Positions 47,675 through 58,633 of a stretch of DNA of 64,000 nt are shown here, one piece after another (the stretch's first letter is position 1; each line of letters opens with the position of its first letter). Under the pieces are notes generated by a model that made no database searches, was not told the DNA's origin, and was given only the letters and a program-made list of their open reading frames with translations. The position numbers and the translations under genes are program-made. The DNA comes from Gammaproteobacteria bacterium (lineage in GTDB: Bacteria; Pseudomonadota; Gammaproteobacteria; CAJXQU01), in NCBI GenBank assembly GCA_045110495.1, contig JBGCGE010000010.1:2392-66391 (forward strand), written 5' to 3'.

Positions 47675-50254
47675 TCATAACCACCCCTTCAACTCATACA
47701 ACTTCTCCAACGCTTCTTTCGGACTCAACTCATCTGGATTGAGATCATTGATCTTATCTGCAAGTTCAAGCATAGCTGTAGAAGGCAGTAGTTCAAGTTG
47801 TTCGTTTTGATCTACAGGATGAATATTAGTTTCACGACTCTCTAATTGTTTTAATCGAATACGTGCTTGTTTGATTACGTCTTTTGGAACGCCAGCGAGT
47901 TGGGCGACTTGTAATCCATAGCTGCGATTCGCGGGGCCATCTTTTACCGTGTGCATGAAAACTAATTTATCTTTGTGTTCGATCGCATCAAGTCGCACAT
48001 TGATCGCGGTAGGATGCTTTTCTGGAATTGCAGTCATTTCAAAATAATGCGTGGCGAACAATGTCCATGCACCGATATTTTCGAGTAAATGGATCGCGCT
48101 TGCCCACGCCAATGACAGCCCATCGAAGGTGCTGGTGCCGCGTCCGATTTCGTCCATTAAAACTAACGAGTTTTGTGTTGCATTATTAAGAATATTCGCT
48201 GTTTCGATCATTTCTACCATGAAGGTTGAACGGCCAGAAGCTAAATCATCGCTGGCGCCAATGCGGGTAAAAATACGATCAATATTTCCTATGCTGGCAG
48301 ATTTTGCCGGAACAAAACTACCGCAGTGTGCGAGCAAAACGATCAGCGCGATTTGTCGCATGTAGGTGGATTTTCCACCCATGTTGGGTCCGGTGATGAT
48401 CAACATTTTCCGATCTTCATTCATGATCAAATCATTTGGAATAAAACTTTCTTCTTGAATTTTTTCAACCACAGGATGACGACCGGCTTCAATATTGATC
48501 TGGTTCGTCTGACTTAGATCTGGTTGAGCGAAATCTAATGTCACCGCACGTTCGGCAAAACTTCCGAGTACATCGAGTTCTGCGATTGCCGCTCCGGTTG
48601 ATTGAAGATCTGGCGTGTGTTCGGTTAATTGATCGAGCAGATCGGCATAAAGTGCTTTTTCCAGCTTCAGAGCTTTTTCACCCGCGCTGAGAACCTTGTC
48701 TTCATATTCTTTTAATTCAGGCGTGATGAAACGTTCGGTGGCTTTGAGTGTTTGTCGACGATGATAATGAGTTGGAACGTCATTGCTTTGCAAACGGCTG
48801 ATCTCAATGTAATAGCCGTGAACACGATTGTAGCCAACTTTCAGCGTTTGTATGCCGGTGCTTTCGCGTTCGCGGATCTCAATTTGATCAAGATAGTCGC
48901 TGGCATTTTTGCTCAGTTTTCGTAGTTCATCCAACTCGGCGTGATAGCCTTCAGCGATCATTCCGCCATCACGAATTAAAGCTGGTGGCATTTCGATAAT
49001 CGCATTGGTGAGTAGAGAAAGCATGTCGGGAAATTGATTAATCTGATCAGAAAGTTGTTGCAGTCTTGGGCTATCCAGATCGGCCAGTTGTTCTTTAATA
49101 TCAGGCAACGCGCCTATCGAAGAACGAAGTTGAGCGAGATCTCGTGGCCGAGCAGATTTAAGTGCAATACGTGTGGTGATGCGTTCCATATCGCCAATGG
49201 CGCGCAGTGTTTCTTGTAGATCAGAATAATGTTGATTTTCGATCAAGGTTGCTACAGCGTGATGGCGAAATTTGATTGCTGCATGATCGCGCAAAGGCGC
49301 TTGCAACCAGCGGCATAACATACGACTGCCCATGCCGGTTACCGCAGAGTCAATCAAATGTGCAAGACTATGGCGGCGTTCGCCCGACAAGCTGTTGAGA
49401 ATTTCCAGGTTACGACGGCTAGCAGCATCAATCGTGATCGTGTCGCTCAAAGTTTCCAGTTTTAATTCGGTCAGGTGCGGCAGCGAAGTACGTTGTGTTT
49501 CACGCGTGTATTGCAAAAGACATCCGGCGGCTGAGATGGTTGAGGGTAATTGATCACAACCGTAACCTTTTAAATCCGTTACTCCGAAATGTTCTTTAAG
49601 CTGACGCGTGCTGCTATCGAGATCAAAATACCACGGCGACATAGTTGAAATCGATTTATGATTTTTTAACGCCGCTAGCAATGGCGAATCTTCACTGATC
49701 AAAATTTCAGCGGGTTGTAATCTTTCCAGTTCTGCGATCAATTCGTCGTGTTTGTTGTCTTTATTTGTGTTGCGATCAGAGTGCTGAGAAATCTCCATCA
49801 CATGAAAGCGCCCACCGCTGAGATCTAACCAGGCCAGGCCAATTTTTTGATCAAGCTCATGGATGGCTAATAGCAGATTATCCTGTCGTTCTTTTAATAA
49901 GGCTTCGTCGGTGACGGTTCCCGGCGTAAGAATGCGGGTGATTTTACGTTCGACCGGACCTTTGCTCGTTGCAGGATCTCCAACTTGATCACAAATGACA
50001 ATTGACTCACCCATGTCGACTAATTTAGCCAGATAATTTTCTGACGCATGCATCGGCATGCCCGCCATTGGAATAGGCTCACCAGCCGAGTTTCCACGTT
50101 TGGTTAATGCCAGCCCTAACAGTTCATTTGCGCGTCGTGCATCTTCAAAAAAGAATTCATAAAAATCCCCCATTTGAAAAAACAACAACTTGTCAGGATA
50201 CTCAGCTTTAAAGCCAAGATACTGCTGCATTGCTGGGGTATGTTCAGTCGCCAT
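47675..50254 (-). CDS. mutS: DNA mismatch repair protein MutS
   Basis: [36 protein letters not shown]. Confidence 0.99.
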   Translation of the reverse strand: MATEHTPAMQQYLGFKAEYPDKLLFFQMGDFYEFFFEDARRANELLGLALTKRGNSAGEPIPMAGMPMHASENYLAKLVDMGESIVICDQVGDPATSKGPVERKITRILTPGTVTDEALLKERQDNLLLAIHELDQKIGLAWLDLSGGRFHVMEISQHSDRNTNKDNKHDELIAELERLQPAEILISEDSPLLAALKNHKSISTMSPWYFDLDSSTRQLKEHFGVTDLKGYGCDQLPSTISAAGCLLQYTRETQRTSLPHLTELKLETLSDTITIDAASRRNLEILNSLSGERRHSLAHLIDSAVTGMGSRMLCRWLQAPLRDHAAIKFRHHAVATLIENQHYSDLQETLRAIGDMERITTRIALKSARPRDLAQLRSSIGALPDIKEQLADLDSPRLQQLSDQINQFPDMLSLLTNAIIEMPPALIRDGGMIAEGYHAELDELRKLSKNASDYLDQIEIRERESTGIQTLKVGYNRVHGYYIEISRLQSNDVPTHYHRRQTLKATERFITPELKEYEDKVLSAGEKALKLEKALYADLLDQLTEHTPDLQSTGAAIAELDVLGSFAERAVTLDFAQPDLSQTNQINIEAGRHPVVEKIQEESFIPNDLIMNEDRKMLIITGPNMGGKSTYMRQIALIVLLAHCGSFVPAKSASIGNIDRIFTRIGASDDLASGRSTFMVEMIETANILNNATQNSLVLMDEIGRGTSTFDGLSLAWASAIHLLENIGAWTLFATHYFEMTAIPEKHPTAINVRLDAIEHKDKLVFMHTVKDGPANRSYGLQVAQLAGVPKDVIKQARIRLKQLESRETNIHPVDQNEQLELLPSTAMLELADKINDLNPDELSPKEALEKLYELKGWL

Positions 50255-50272
50255 AAAGTTCTAAAAATTCGA

Positions 50273-50677
50273 TTATTTAAACTGTGAAAGGCCATCAAGC
50301 ACTAGCGAAATAGGACTGACCATGCCGATGATGTCACGGTGTTCTATAACGGGAGCACGCATCAGATTATATTGTGCAAAGAGCCTCGAACAATGACGAA
50401 TATCCATATCTGGATGAACTGAGATTACTGGCTTGTGCATAATTTCATAAACATTAACTCGGCCAGCTGGACGATCTTTACTGAGTACATGACGGGCAAT
50501 TTCGCCAGCCAGAATCAATCCATACTCATCGTCAGGATGACGTTTGTTGACGACTAAAACAGAGGTTTTGTTTTCCTTCATCATTGATACAGCTTCTGCC
50601 ACAGTGGCTATACCATCAATGGTAATGAAGGCGGTTTTCATTACATCGCGGACGCGAACTATCGGGTTTTCGTTCAT
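50273..50677 (-). CDS. Stand-alone CBS-pair protein
   Basis: VRDVM, two CBS repeats, IM.KPVISV. Confidence 0.88.
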   Translation of the reverse strand: MNENPIVRVRDVMKTAFITIDGIATVAEAVSMMKENKTSVLVVNKRHPDDEYGLILAGEIARHVLSKDRPAGRVNVYEIMHKPVISVHPDMDIRHCSRLFAQYNLMRAPVIEHRDIIGMVSPISLVLDGLSQFK

Positions 50678-51024
50678 AACTCCTCCTTAATAACTTTGGT
50701 GAGATCGCGGACTTGATGGCGTACACCAATCGCATCCTCGACATCAATTTGAAAGGCGATACCGGTGCCTGGTTTTTCATCAAACTCGGCGATATCAGAA
50801 ATTTTTTCCAGAATTTGTCTGGCCATATGTTCTTCAACTAAAAGCAGCACAACATCACGTTGTGTTTCTAGTGTCAGGCCGAAAAAAGTTTTCGATTGTT
50901 TGATGCCTTCACCTCTGGCATTACTGATCACCGTTGCGCCAGTCGCGCCGGCTTCTCGTGAGGTGTCTAGCACCAGATCCGTTTTGTCGTCTTCGACAAA
51001 CACGATGATTAATTTAAAGCGCAT
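50674..51024 (-). CDS. Non-canonical PII-family protein
   Basis: GATGATV...RGEG, PGTGIAF; lacks the Tyr51 T-loop motif. Confidence 0.85.
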   Translation of the reverse strand: MRFKLIIVFVEDDKTDLVLDTSREAGATGATVISNARGEGIKQSKTFFGLTLETQRDVVLLLVEEHMARQILEKISDIAEFDEKPGTGIAFQIDVEDAIGVRHQVRDLTKVIKEEL

Positions 51025-51037
51025 AAGTAAACCCTCT

Positions 51038-51808
51038 TTATGATTTTTTATGTTTTGCTAGCATGTCGGCGAGCAAGGCATAAGATAAAACTGCAATAAT
51101 TGCGAACAGACCCGCAAAGGCGATTAAGCCAAAGCCATCGAGTAAAGGATTGCGGTCTGGAACATTTGAAGCCAAACCTAAACCAAGTGCCGTAACCAGC
51201 GGAACCGTCACGGTTGAGGTTGTCACTCCGCCGGAGTCAAACGCTAAACCAAGTATTGTTTTTGAAGAAAACATCGTCAGGATAATGACGACAATATATC
51301 CGGCAACAATATAATGATAAAGATCGGTTCCACTGACGATTCTGAAAGAGCCAAGCGCAATCCCGAATGCGACACCAAATGAGACAGTAAGTCGCAGTGG
51401 CCAGGATTTGATCGCGCCACCTGAAATCTCCTGAGCTTTTATCGCAACAGCCAGCAGCGAAGGTTCGGCCAGGGTTGTCGAAAAACCAATACAAAAAGCA
51501 AAAATATAAACCCAGGTGTAATCCTTCCAACTTAAGACATCACCGGCTTGAATAAATTCTGGATTGGTTAGCTGAGCAGCCATTAGCTTTCCAAGCGGAA
51601 AAAGCGCCAGTTCGAGACCTTCGAGGAATAGTGCAATTCCAACGATAACGTAGAAAAAACCAATCGCAATTTTTTTTGGGTTTTTGATCGGCTTTCGAAT
51701 AACCAGAATTTGAAAACCAATAATGGTCGCAACAATCGGCAGAATATCTCGGGTTGTTGCCAGCATCGAGTGGCTGAACAGCATCCAGATTTCAATCAAA
51801 CGATCCAT
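51038..51808 (-). CDS. DUF1538 membrane protein B
   Basis: [29 protein letters not shown]; start overlaps the upstream stop (TAATG). Confidence 0.88.
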   Translation of the reverse strand: MDRLIEIWMLFSHSMLATTRDILPIVATIIGFQILVIRKPIKNPKKIAIGFFYVIVGIALFLEGLELALFPLGKLMAAQLTNPEFIQAGDVLSWKDYTWVYIFAFCIGFSTTLAEPSLLAVAIKAQEISGGAIKSWPLRLTVSFGVAFGIALGSFRIVSGTDLYHYIVAGYIVVIILTMFSSKTILGLAFDSGGVTTSTVTVPLVTALGLGLASNVPDRNPLLDGFGLIAFAGLFAIIAVLSYALLADMLAKHKKS

Positions 51809-52542
51809 TATATAATCAACCCGTAGCACATAACGAAGATGATTGGTGTCAAAGAAGCAATGGCAATCAGGCCGAAACCATCGGTCATGGGATTGCGGCC
51901 CTTGATGGATGAAGCGAGTCCGACACCTAATGCGGTGACTAATGGAACGGTGATGGTCGACGTCGTTACACCGCCAGAATCGTAAGCAATCCCAATAATT
52001 TCGGCTGGTGCGAAAGATGTCATTACTAATATGCCTGCATAACCCGGAATGATCAGGTTTTGTAGTGGCCAGCCTTTTAAAATACGTAAAACACCAAGCA
52101 GGATTGCGAAACCAACTGAGAAGGCGACGGTAATTCGTAAACCAAAAGCATAGTCGATCCGTGATTGTTCGGTGTTGTCGATCATGCCACCTTCCGCTGC
52201 GACTTTAGCAGCTTCTTCACCGACGGCAATGAGTGCAGGTTCAGCTACGGTGGTTGCGAAACCAAGTGAGAAAGCAAACACCAATAACCAGATGATGCTG
52301 CCTTTTTTTGCAAAGGCGTAAGCCATCGCTTCACCAATCGGAAAGAGGCCTTGTTCCAATCCCTGCACAAAAAAAGTTAAACCAATAATAACGAGCAAAG
52401 TACCTGACAAAAGATTGACTAGATCAGGAATCGGCTGGCGGATCACGAGTAGTTGAAATGCGGAAACCACCAGTAAAATTGGTAATAGATCAAAAAAACT
52501 ACTGATCAACTGTTTAAGAAAAGGATTACGAGCCAGACTCAT
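51808..52542 (-). CDS. DUF1538 membrane protein A
   Basis: [28 protein letters not shown]. Confidence 0.88.
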   Translation of the reverse strand: MSLARNPFLKQLISSFFDLLPILLVVSAFQLLVIRQPIPDLVNLLSGTLLVIIGLTFFVQGLEQGLFPIGEAMAYAFAKKGSIIWLLVFAFSLGFATTVAEPALIAVGEEAAKVAAEGGMIDNTEQSRIDYAFGLRITVAFSVGFAILLGVLRILKGWPLQNLIIPGYAGILVMTSFAPAEIIGIAYDSGGVTTSTITVPLVTALGVGLASSIKGRNPMTDGFGLIAIASLTPIIFVMCYGLII

Positions 52543-52607
52543 TTTTTTTAATTGGTTTTAAGTAAGACTCAATGTAACCAACTTGTGAAGAAATTGCCAT
52601 TGACAGC

Positions 52608-52636
52608 CTTGAAATCATAAGGTTTGATCCCCATCT
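52608..52636 (+). promoter_or_regulatory. sigma32 heat-shock promoter of htpG
   Basis: CTTGAA-N15-CCCCATCT. Confidence 0.85.
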
Positions 52637-52658
52637 TAAATTTTTTATTTGAGAGAAT

Positions 52659-54566
52659 GTGTTTGATATGGCTGCTAATGAAAATAAAGAAACGCTGGGC
52701 TTCCAGTCTGAGGTTAAACAATTACTGGATCTGATGATCCATTCCTTATACAGCAACCGTGAGATATTTCTGCGCGAGCTAATTTCCAATGCCTCCGATG
52801 CTTGTGACAAGCTACGTTTTGAAGCGTTGTCAAACGATGCTTTGTTTGAAGGAGATTCTGATCTAAATGTTCATGTTGATTTTGATGAGAAAGCAAAGAC
52901 CATTACGATTACCGATAATGGGATTGGAATGACCCGTGAAGAGGTAATAGATCACATCGGTACAATTGCGAAATCTGGAACTAAAGAATTTTTTAGCGCG
53001 ATCACCGGCGATGAAAAGAAAGACTCGCAATTGATCGGTCAATTTGGTGTTGGTTTTTACTCTGCATTTATCGTTGCTGACTCTGTAACACTTACAACGC
53101 GTAAGGCTGGTGCAAATGAGGCTGAAGGTGTTCGTTGGGAATCTGAAGGGCAAGGCGAATATACGATTGAGTCTGTCGACAAGAAAACGCGTGGTACAGA
53201 AATCGTTTTGCATATGCGCAAAGACGCGAAAGAATTTATCAACAGCTACAAGCTTCGTGAAGTTATCCGTAAATATTCTGATCATCTAAATTTACCGATC
53301 ATCATGTTGAAAGAAAATTTTGATGAAGAAGGTGAAGAGAAAAAAGAGATCGAATATGAAACGATCAATTCTGCAAAAGCGTTATGGACGAGATCGAAAA
53401 AAGAAATTTCCGACGAAGAATATAACGAACTCTATAAACATATAGGCCACGATTACGAAGATCCAATGGCACGAATTCATAGTCAGGTCGAAGGTAATCT
53501 TGAATATAGCACCTTATTTTATATTCCTAATCGGGCACCATTTGACTTATTTGATCGTAATCAAAAACACGGCGTAAAACTTTACGTTCGACGTGTTTTT
53601 ATTATGGACGACGCGGAACAACTAATTCCTACTTATCTACGTTTTATCCGCGGGATTGTGGATACCAATGATCTACCGTTAAATGTTTCGCGTGAGATTT
53701 TGCAACACAACAAAGTCATCGATAAAATCCGTGCTGCCTCGGTGAAAAAAATTCTTGGCATGATCGGCAGACTTGCTAAGAAAGACGATTACAGCAAGTT
53801 CTGGAAAGAGTTTGGTCGAGTCATCAAAGAAGGTGTTATCGATGATGATAAAAACAAAGATCAAATCGCTAAACTATTACGTTTTGCTTCGACCAATGAT
53901 GATAATGAAAAACAAAATGTTTCATTAGAAGATTATGTTGGTCGTATGCAAGAAGGGCAGAAAAATATTTTCTACGTGGTCGGCGAAAGTCATACTACGA
54001 TCAAAAATAGTCCACATCTTGAGATCTTCCGTAACAAAGGAATTGAAGTTCTATTGTTATCCGATCATGTTGATGAGTGGTTAGTCAATCATCTAACCGA
54101 GTTTGACGGCAAAGAATTACAATCGATCACTAAAGGCGAACTTGATCTAGGTGAGCTTGATGACAAAGAAGGTAAAGAAGAATCTGAAAAGAAAACCGGT
54201 GAATATAAAGATGTTCTAAAACGCCTTGAAACCTTGTTGGAAGAGAAAGTGAAAGAAGTACGTGTCACTAATAGATTAACAACATCACCGGCTTGTCTTG
54301 TAGCAGGTGATCAAGATATGGAAGCCAGTTTACAACGGATTCTGGAAGCTTCTGGTCAACAAATTCCAAGTTCAAAACGTGTTCTGGAAATTAATCCGAA
54401 TCACCCAATTTTGATCAAACTAAAAGCTGAAAAAGAAGATGAACGCTTCAACGACTGGGGTAATATATTATTTGATCAAGCCTTGCTTAGCGAAGGCGGA
54501 AAGTTGGAAGATCCAGCTGGGTTTGTACATCGTTTGAATGAAATGTTTATGGAAATGAGTACTTAG
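52659..54566 (+). CDS. htpG: Hsp90 chaperone
   Basis: YSNREIFLRELISNA, IGQFGVGFYSAF, LPLNVSRE. Confidence 0.98.
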   Translation: MFDMAANENKETLGFQSEVKQLLDLMIHSLYSNREIFLRELISNASDACDKLRFEALSNDALFEGDSDLNVHVDFDEKAKTITITDNGIGMTREEVIDHIGTIAKSGTKEFFSAITGDEKKDSQLIGQFGVGFYSAFIVADSVTLTTRKAGANEAEGVRWESEGQGEYTIESVDKKTRGTEIVLHMRKDAKEFINSYKLREVIRKYSDHLNLPIIMLKENFDEEGEEKKEIEYETINSAKALWTRSKKEISDEEYNELYKHIGHDYEDPMARIHSQVEGNLEYSTLFYIPNRAPFDLFDRNQKHGVKLYVRRVFIMDDAEQLIPTYLRFIRGIVDTNDLPLNVSREILQHNKVIDKIRAASVKKILGMIGRLAKKDDYSKFWKEFGRVIKEGVIDDDKNKDQIAKLLRFASTNDDNEKQNVSLEDYVGRMQEGQKNIFYVVGESHTTIKNSPHLEIFRNKGIEVLLLSDHVDEWLVNHLTEFDGKELQSITKGELDLGELDDKEGKEESEKKTGEYKDVLKRLETLLEEKVKEVRVTNRLTTSPACLVAGDQDMEASLQRILEASGQQIPSSKRVLEINPNHPILIKLKAEKEDERFNDWGNILFDQALLSEGGKLEDPAGFVHRLNEMFMEMST

Positions 54567-54588
54567 ATTAAAAAATTAACGGGCTGGG

Positions 54589-54999
54589 TTAAACGATCTT
54601 TTTTCTAAGATCTTTAACCTGGCCCCGTTTATTCTTTTTGTCTAAACGTTTCATTTTTGATCCATAAGAGGGTTTGGTTTTCTTTCTTTTTTTCTGAGTA
54701 ATTCCCGCGGCTTTAATTATTCCGATCAGTCGATCTATCGCTTCTTTTTTATTCTTCTCCTGGCTACGATGTTGTTGTGCTTTGAGAATAATTACGCCTT
54801 CTTTGGTTATTCGTTGGTCACCATTAGACAGCAGTTTTAACTTATAAGATTCAGGTAAAGAAGAAGTGTGAATATCAAACCGTAAATGGATCGCAGTAGA
54901 CACTTTATTGACGTTTTGACCGCCTGAACCTTGAGCACGGATCGCCGTGATCACGATCTCATCTTCAGAAATTGAAACATTATTAGAAATAATAAACAT
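54589..54999 (-). CDS. arfB: Alternative ribosome rescue factor B
   Basis: GSGGQNVNK, RSQ..N, basic C-terminal tail; start placed at ATG 54999. Confidence 0.95.
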   Translation of the reverse strand: MFIISNNVSISEDEIVITAIRAQGSGGQNVNKVSTAIHLRFDIHTSSLPESYKLKLLSNGDQRITKEGVIILKAQQHRSQEKNKKEAIDRLIGIIKAAGITQKKRKKTKPSYGSKMKRLDKKNKRGQVKDLRKKIV

Positions 55000-55271
55000 G
55001 ATTTTTTTATTGTAACGAGTTCTTTCAGATGCAGTAAGATTTTTTTTCAATAATTTCAAGGCTATCTATTCGAAGGAGTTCTGTTACAATGCGACGCATT
55101 CCAACACACTTCGGTCTGTGTTGATAGAAAACCAAGTGTTTTCTAAGTATTAGAAAGTCACCTTTCATTGGTCACTATTTTTTATATCTAAGAATAAATT
55201 ATTTCTTAGATAACTCGCCTAAGACCGTCCCATCGTTATTTTGGGTAGGCTCTAATTGGAACACTATTTTT

Positions 55272-56612
55272 ATGTCATTTGATGATCTCGGCCTTTCGGC
55301 TGAATTACTTCGTGCTGTCTCAGAACAGGGATACACAGAACCTACACCTGTCCAAAAACAAGCAATTCCTGTTGTGTTGCAGGGAAAAGATTTACTCGCG
55401 GGAGCCCAAACAGGAACAGGTAAAACAGCCGGCTTCACACTGCCATTATTACAACGCTTAAGCCAGCAAAAATTTGAAACTGCAAAAAGGCCAATACGTG
55501 CATTGGTTTTAACACCAACTAGAGAACTCGCCGCACAAGTAGAAGAAAGTATTAAAACCTATGGAAAGTATGTCTCTTTAAGATCTAACGTTATTTTTGG
55601 TGGTGTAAAAATCGGACCACAGATTGCTAAGTTGCGTCGTAACCCCGATATTATTGTTGCCACTCCTGGTCGTTTGCTTGATCACTTACAACAAAAAAAT
55701 ATTGATCTTTCTAAGATTGAAATACTTGTTCTCGATGAAGCTGATCGAATGCTAGATATGGGATTCATTCGCGATATTCAAAAGATTATGGCGATGCTTC
55801 CTAAACAACGACAAACATTATTATTCTCCGCAACATTTTCTAAAGAGATAAAAAAATTATCAGAAACTTTGTTGAAATCACCAGCTTTGATCGAGGTAGC
55901 TCGGCAGAATACGACGTCTGAAATCATTGAACAGATTGTCTACCCAGTTGATAAATCGCGTAAGCGAGAGTTGCTTTCGACGTTGATCAAGAAAGAAAAA
56001 TGGTATCAAGTATTGGTTTTTACACGAACAAAACATGGAGCTGATCGTTTATCTCAACAATTGAATCGTGAGCGAATTCCTTCCGTTGCAATACACGGAA
56101 ACAAAAGCCAGAATCAGCGTACTAACGCTTTGGCTTCTTTTAAAGATAATAAAGTTCAGGTGTTAGTTGCAACTGATGTTGCGGCTCGTGGATTAGATAT
56201 CGATCAATTACCTCACGTCGTTAATTATGAATTACCGAATGTGCCTGAAGATTATGTTCATCGAATTGGTCGAACTGGTCGTGCTGGAAATGAAGGTATT
56301 GCTGTTTCGCTAGTTTGTATTGATGAAAAAAAATCATTAATTGATATTGAAAAATTAATTAACCGTCAGATCACAAAAGTCATTATCGATGGTTTTGAAC
56401 CTGATCCAACGATTAAAGCTGAGCCTGTAAAGAAAAAATCTTCACAGGGACGAGGGCGATCACAAAAGCCAAGATCAAGCGCAGCTAAAACATCTGATCG
56501 AAATTCTAAGCCTGGCAAACCTCGTAGACGCAGAAATAAAAGATCGACGGGCAGTGAGGGTGATGGAAGTTCTGCTCCGCGTAAGAATCCCTGGAGAAAG
56601 AGTAAATCTTAA
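55272..56612 (+). CDS. rhlE: DEAD-box RNA helicase, RhlE-like
   Basis: [31 protein letters not shown], basic tail. Confidence 0.92.
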   Translation: MSFDDLGLSAELLRAVSEQGYTEPTPVQKQAIPVVLQGKDLLAGAQTGTGKTAGFTLPLLQRLSQQKFETAKRPIRALVLTPTRELAAQVEESIKTYGKYVSLRSNVIFGGVKIGPQIAKLRRNPDIIVATPGRLLDHLQQKNIDLSKIEILVLDEADRMLDMGFIRDIQKIMAMLPKQRQTLLFSATFSKEIKKLSETLLKSPALIEVARQNTTSEIIEQIVYPVDKSRKRELLSTLIKKEKWYQVLVFTRTKHGADRLSQQLNRERIPSVAIHGNKSQNQRTNALASFKDNKVQVLVATDVAARGLDIDQLPHVVNYELPNVPEDYVHRIGRTGRAGNEGIAVSLVCIDEKKSLIDIEKLINRQITKVIIDGFEPDPTIKAEPVKKKSSQGRGRSQKPRSSAAKTSDRNSKPGKPRRRRNKRSTGSEGDGSSAPRKNPWRKSKS

Positions 56613-56634
56613 AAGGTTAAGCAGAAAATCTTTT

Positions 56635-57399
56635 TTAAAACAGTATCAGTTTTAGTGTGATAGCAAGTGAAGTGATCACAAGGAAAGGTTTTATTAACGG
56701 AGCACCGTGGTGAATTACCATGTGTGCTCCAAAATAAGCTCCAATAATTTGACCTATAGCCATTACCAATCCAATCGTCCAAATTACTTTTCCACCAACA
56801 ATAAAGAAAATTAATGCAGCAAGATTGCTAACAAAGTTCAGGAGTTTTGCATGAGCTGTAGCTTCCGTCAGGTTGTACCCAAGCAGGATAACAAAAGCCA
56901 CCGCGAAGAAAGATCCGGTTCCTGGTCCAAAAAAACCATCATAAAATCCGATCAAAAACGCGGCAGTAAAAGCAAAGGTATTCTGACTGATTCTTGGATT
57001 AGTATTTAGATCTCCGACGCGAGGGGAAAATAAAAAATAGACCGCAAAACCGATCAAAAGAAAAGGAATTATTTTTTCTAAAGAAGCATTATCAAATTGC
57101 TGGATCAAAAGTGTTCCGCAAGCTGCACCAAAAAATGACATGACGATGGGAAGTCGCATGGACTTCAGGTTGATTTTTCCTTGTCGAATAAAATGTAGTG
57201 TCGCCGTGAAGGAACCGAAAACGGCTTGAAGTTTATTAGTCGCAAGCGCTTGTGCTGGTGTTAAACCCGCCCAGAGCAAGACAGGTAGAACAAGCAGCCC
57301 GCCGCCGCCCGCAATGGCATCTATAAAACCCGCAATGCATGCGACGCCTGCAAGTAGTACCAGTAGTTCTAGTGTCAGGTTATCTGGAGTGAATAGCAT
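56635..57399 (-). CDS. TSUP/TauE (YfcA-like) transporter
   Basis: AGFIDAIAGGGGL, ATNK, GFYDGFFGPGTG. Confidence 0.92.
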   Translation of the reverse strand: MLFTPDNLTLELLVLLAGVACIAGFIDAIAGGGGLLVLPVLLWAGLTPAQALATNKLQAVFGSFTATLHFIRQGKINLKSMRLPIVMSFFGAACGTLLIQQFDNASLEKIIPFLLIGFAVYFLFSPRVGDLNTNPRISQNTFAFTAAFLIGFYDGFFGPGTGSFFAVAFVILLGYNLTEATAHAKLLNFVSNLAALIFFIVGGKVIWTIGLVMAIGQIIGAYFGAHMVIHHGAPLIKPFLVITSLAITLKLILF

Positions 57400-57805
57400 A
57401 GTGAATTTTGATCATAACTAACGATGCTGATTAAAAAAACAGCAGGCTTTTACTAGTTTTCTAATTAGTTTAAAAACTTTAGTAATGATCTGTTAAAAGC
57501 CTTAAATGATTATCTTAGAGTATTAACTTGATTTGTTGTTTTGAACTTATCAGACATTTTTCAATTTCTATTTTTAGTTATTCCAAAATGAAGTTCAGAA
57601 TTTTCTAGTGAATAATACTTTCATCAGAATGATCAAGATTACATTAAATTTAAGTTATTATCAGGCTCGTAACCATAAAGTATTTTAAATCATAATTATT
57701 TTAAACATCTATACATTCTCTAAGCAGGCAAAACAGTGTTTCTTATCTAAAGAGTTAATGAGTACGTTATACTTATGAATTCCAGCCAAATAGAGAGTCT
57801 CATAC

Positions 57806-58570
57806 ATGCCTAGTCAACAACATCATTTAAACCTTTGTAGTCAAGGAACGTCTATCAAAATGTTATTCACCGGTTATCTTGTTGTTGTTGCAGTAGGCTA
57901 TATGATGGCATTGGCTCAAATCATGTTTACTCATGGTATGGCAGATGGTGAATTTGGTTTGTCGATTGATGACATCGTTTACAGTTACTACGGAAAAAGA
58001 TCAGGATCTGTTTTAGAAAGTAAGCTAAATGGTTCTATGAAAGTAATGGCTCCGGATGAAGAACGTCTTAAAATTATTCAATGGGTAAAAAAAGGCGCGG
58101 ATCACGACACTTTTAAAACTGAAATAAGACCTATCATCGATCAACGTTGTATTACGTGTCATAGTCCTGCTTCTGGCATGACGGTTCCAGATTTCACGGT
58201 TGATCAGAATCTTTTTGAAAGAGCGGATGTTGATACTGGCGCCACATTTTCTGCACTTACTCGTGTTTCTCATATCCATTTATTTGGTATTTCATTTATC
58301 TTTATGTTCGTGGGTTTGATATTTAGTCTCGCTGCGGGTGTACCCAAAACGCTCAAATCTACCGCTATTGTTATGCCTTATATCTTTTTGATCGTCGATA
58401 TTGCTTCCTGGTGGTTGACTAAGTTCAGTCCGGGTTTTGCATGGCTGACTATTATTGGCGGCGGCATGATGGCATTGGCTTTTGGGTTTATGTGGATTGT
58501 TTCAATGTACGAAATGTGGATTATGCCTAAGATTCATGAAGATGATAGAGATGCACTACTTGATGAATAA
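57806..58570 (+). CDS. Membrane protein with a periplasmic CxxCH heme-c motif
   Basis: TM helix, soluble domain with CITCH, SHIHLFG, three further TM helices. Confidence 0.8.
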   Translation: MPSQQHHLNLCSQGTSIKMLFTGYLVVVAVGYMMALAQIMFTHGMADGEFGLSIDDIVYSYYGKRSGSVLESKLNGSMKVMAPDEERLKIIQWVKKGADHDTFKTEIRPIIDQRCITCHSPASGMTVPDFTVDQNLFERADVDTGATFSALTRVSHIHLFGISFIFMFVGLIFSLAAGVPKTLKSTAIVMPYIFLIVDIASWWLTKFSPGFAWLTIIGGGMMALAFGFMWIVSMYEMWIMPKIHEDDRDALLDE

Positions 58571-58586
58571 TATTCATTGAAGCAAT

Positions 58587-58614
58587 AAAAAAGGCCGCAA
58601 TAGCGGCCTTTTTT
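58587..58614. terminator. Bidirectional intrinsic terminator
   Basis: AAAAAAGGCCGC-AATA-GCGGCCTTTTTT between convergent genes. Confidence 0.92.
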
Positions 58615-58633
58615 AAAGTTAAATTGGGACAGA

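Noticed and set aside
57400-57805. Long intergenic region as a riboswitch or sRNA
   Set aside because: AT-rich, with no recognisable aptamer or stable stems.
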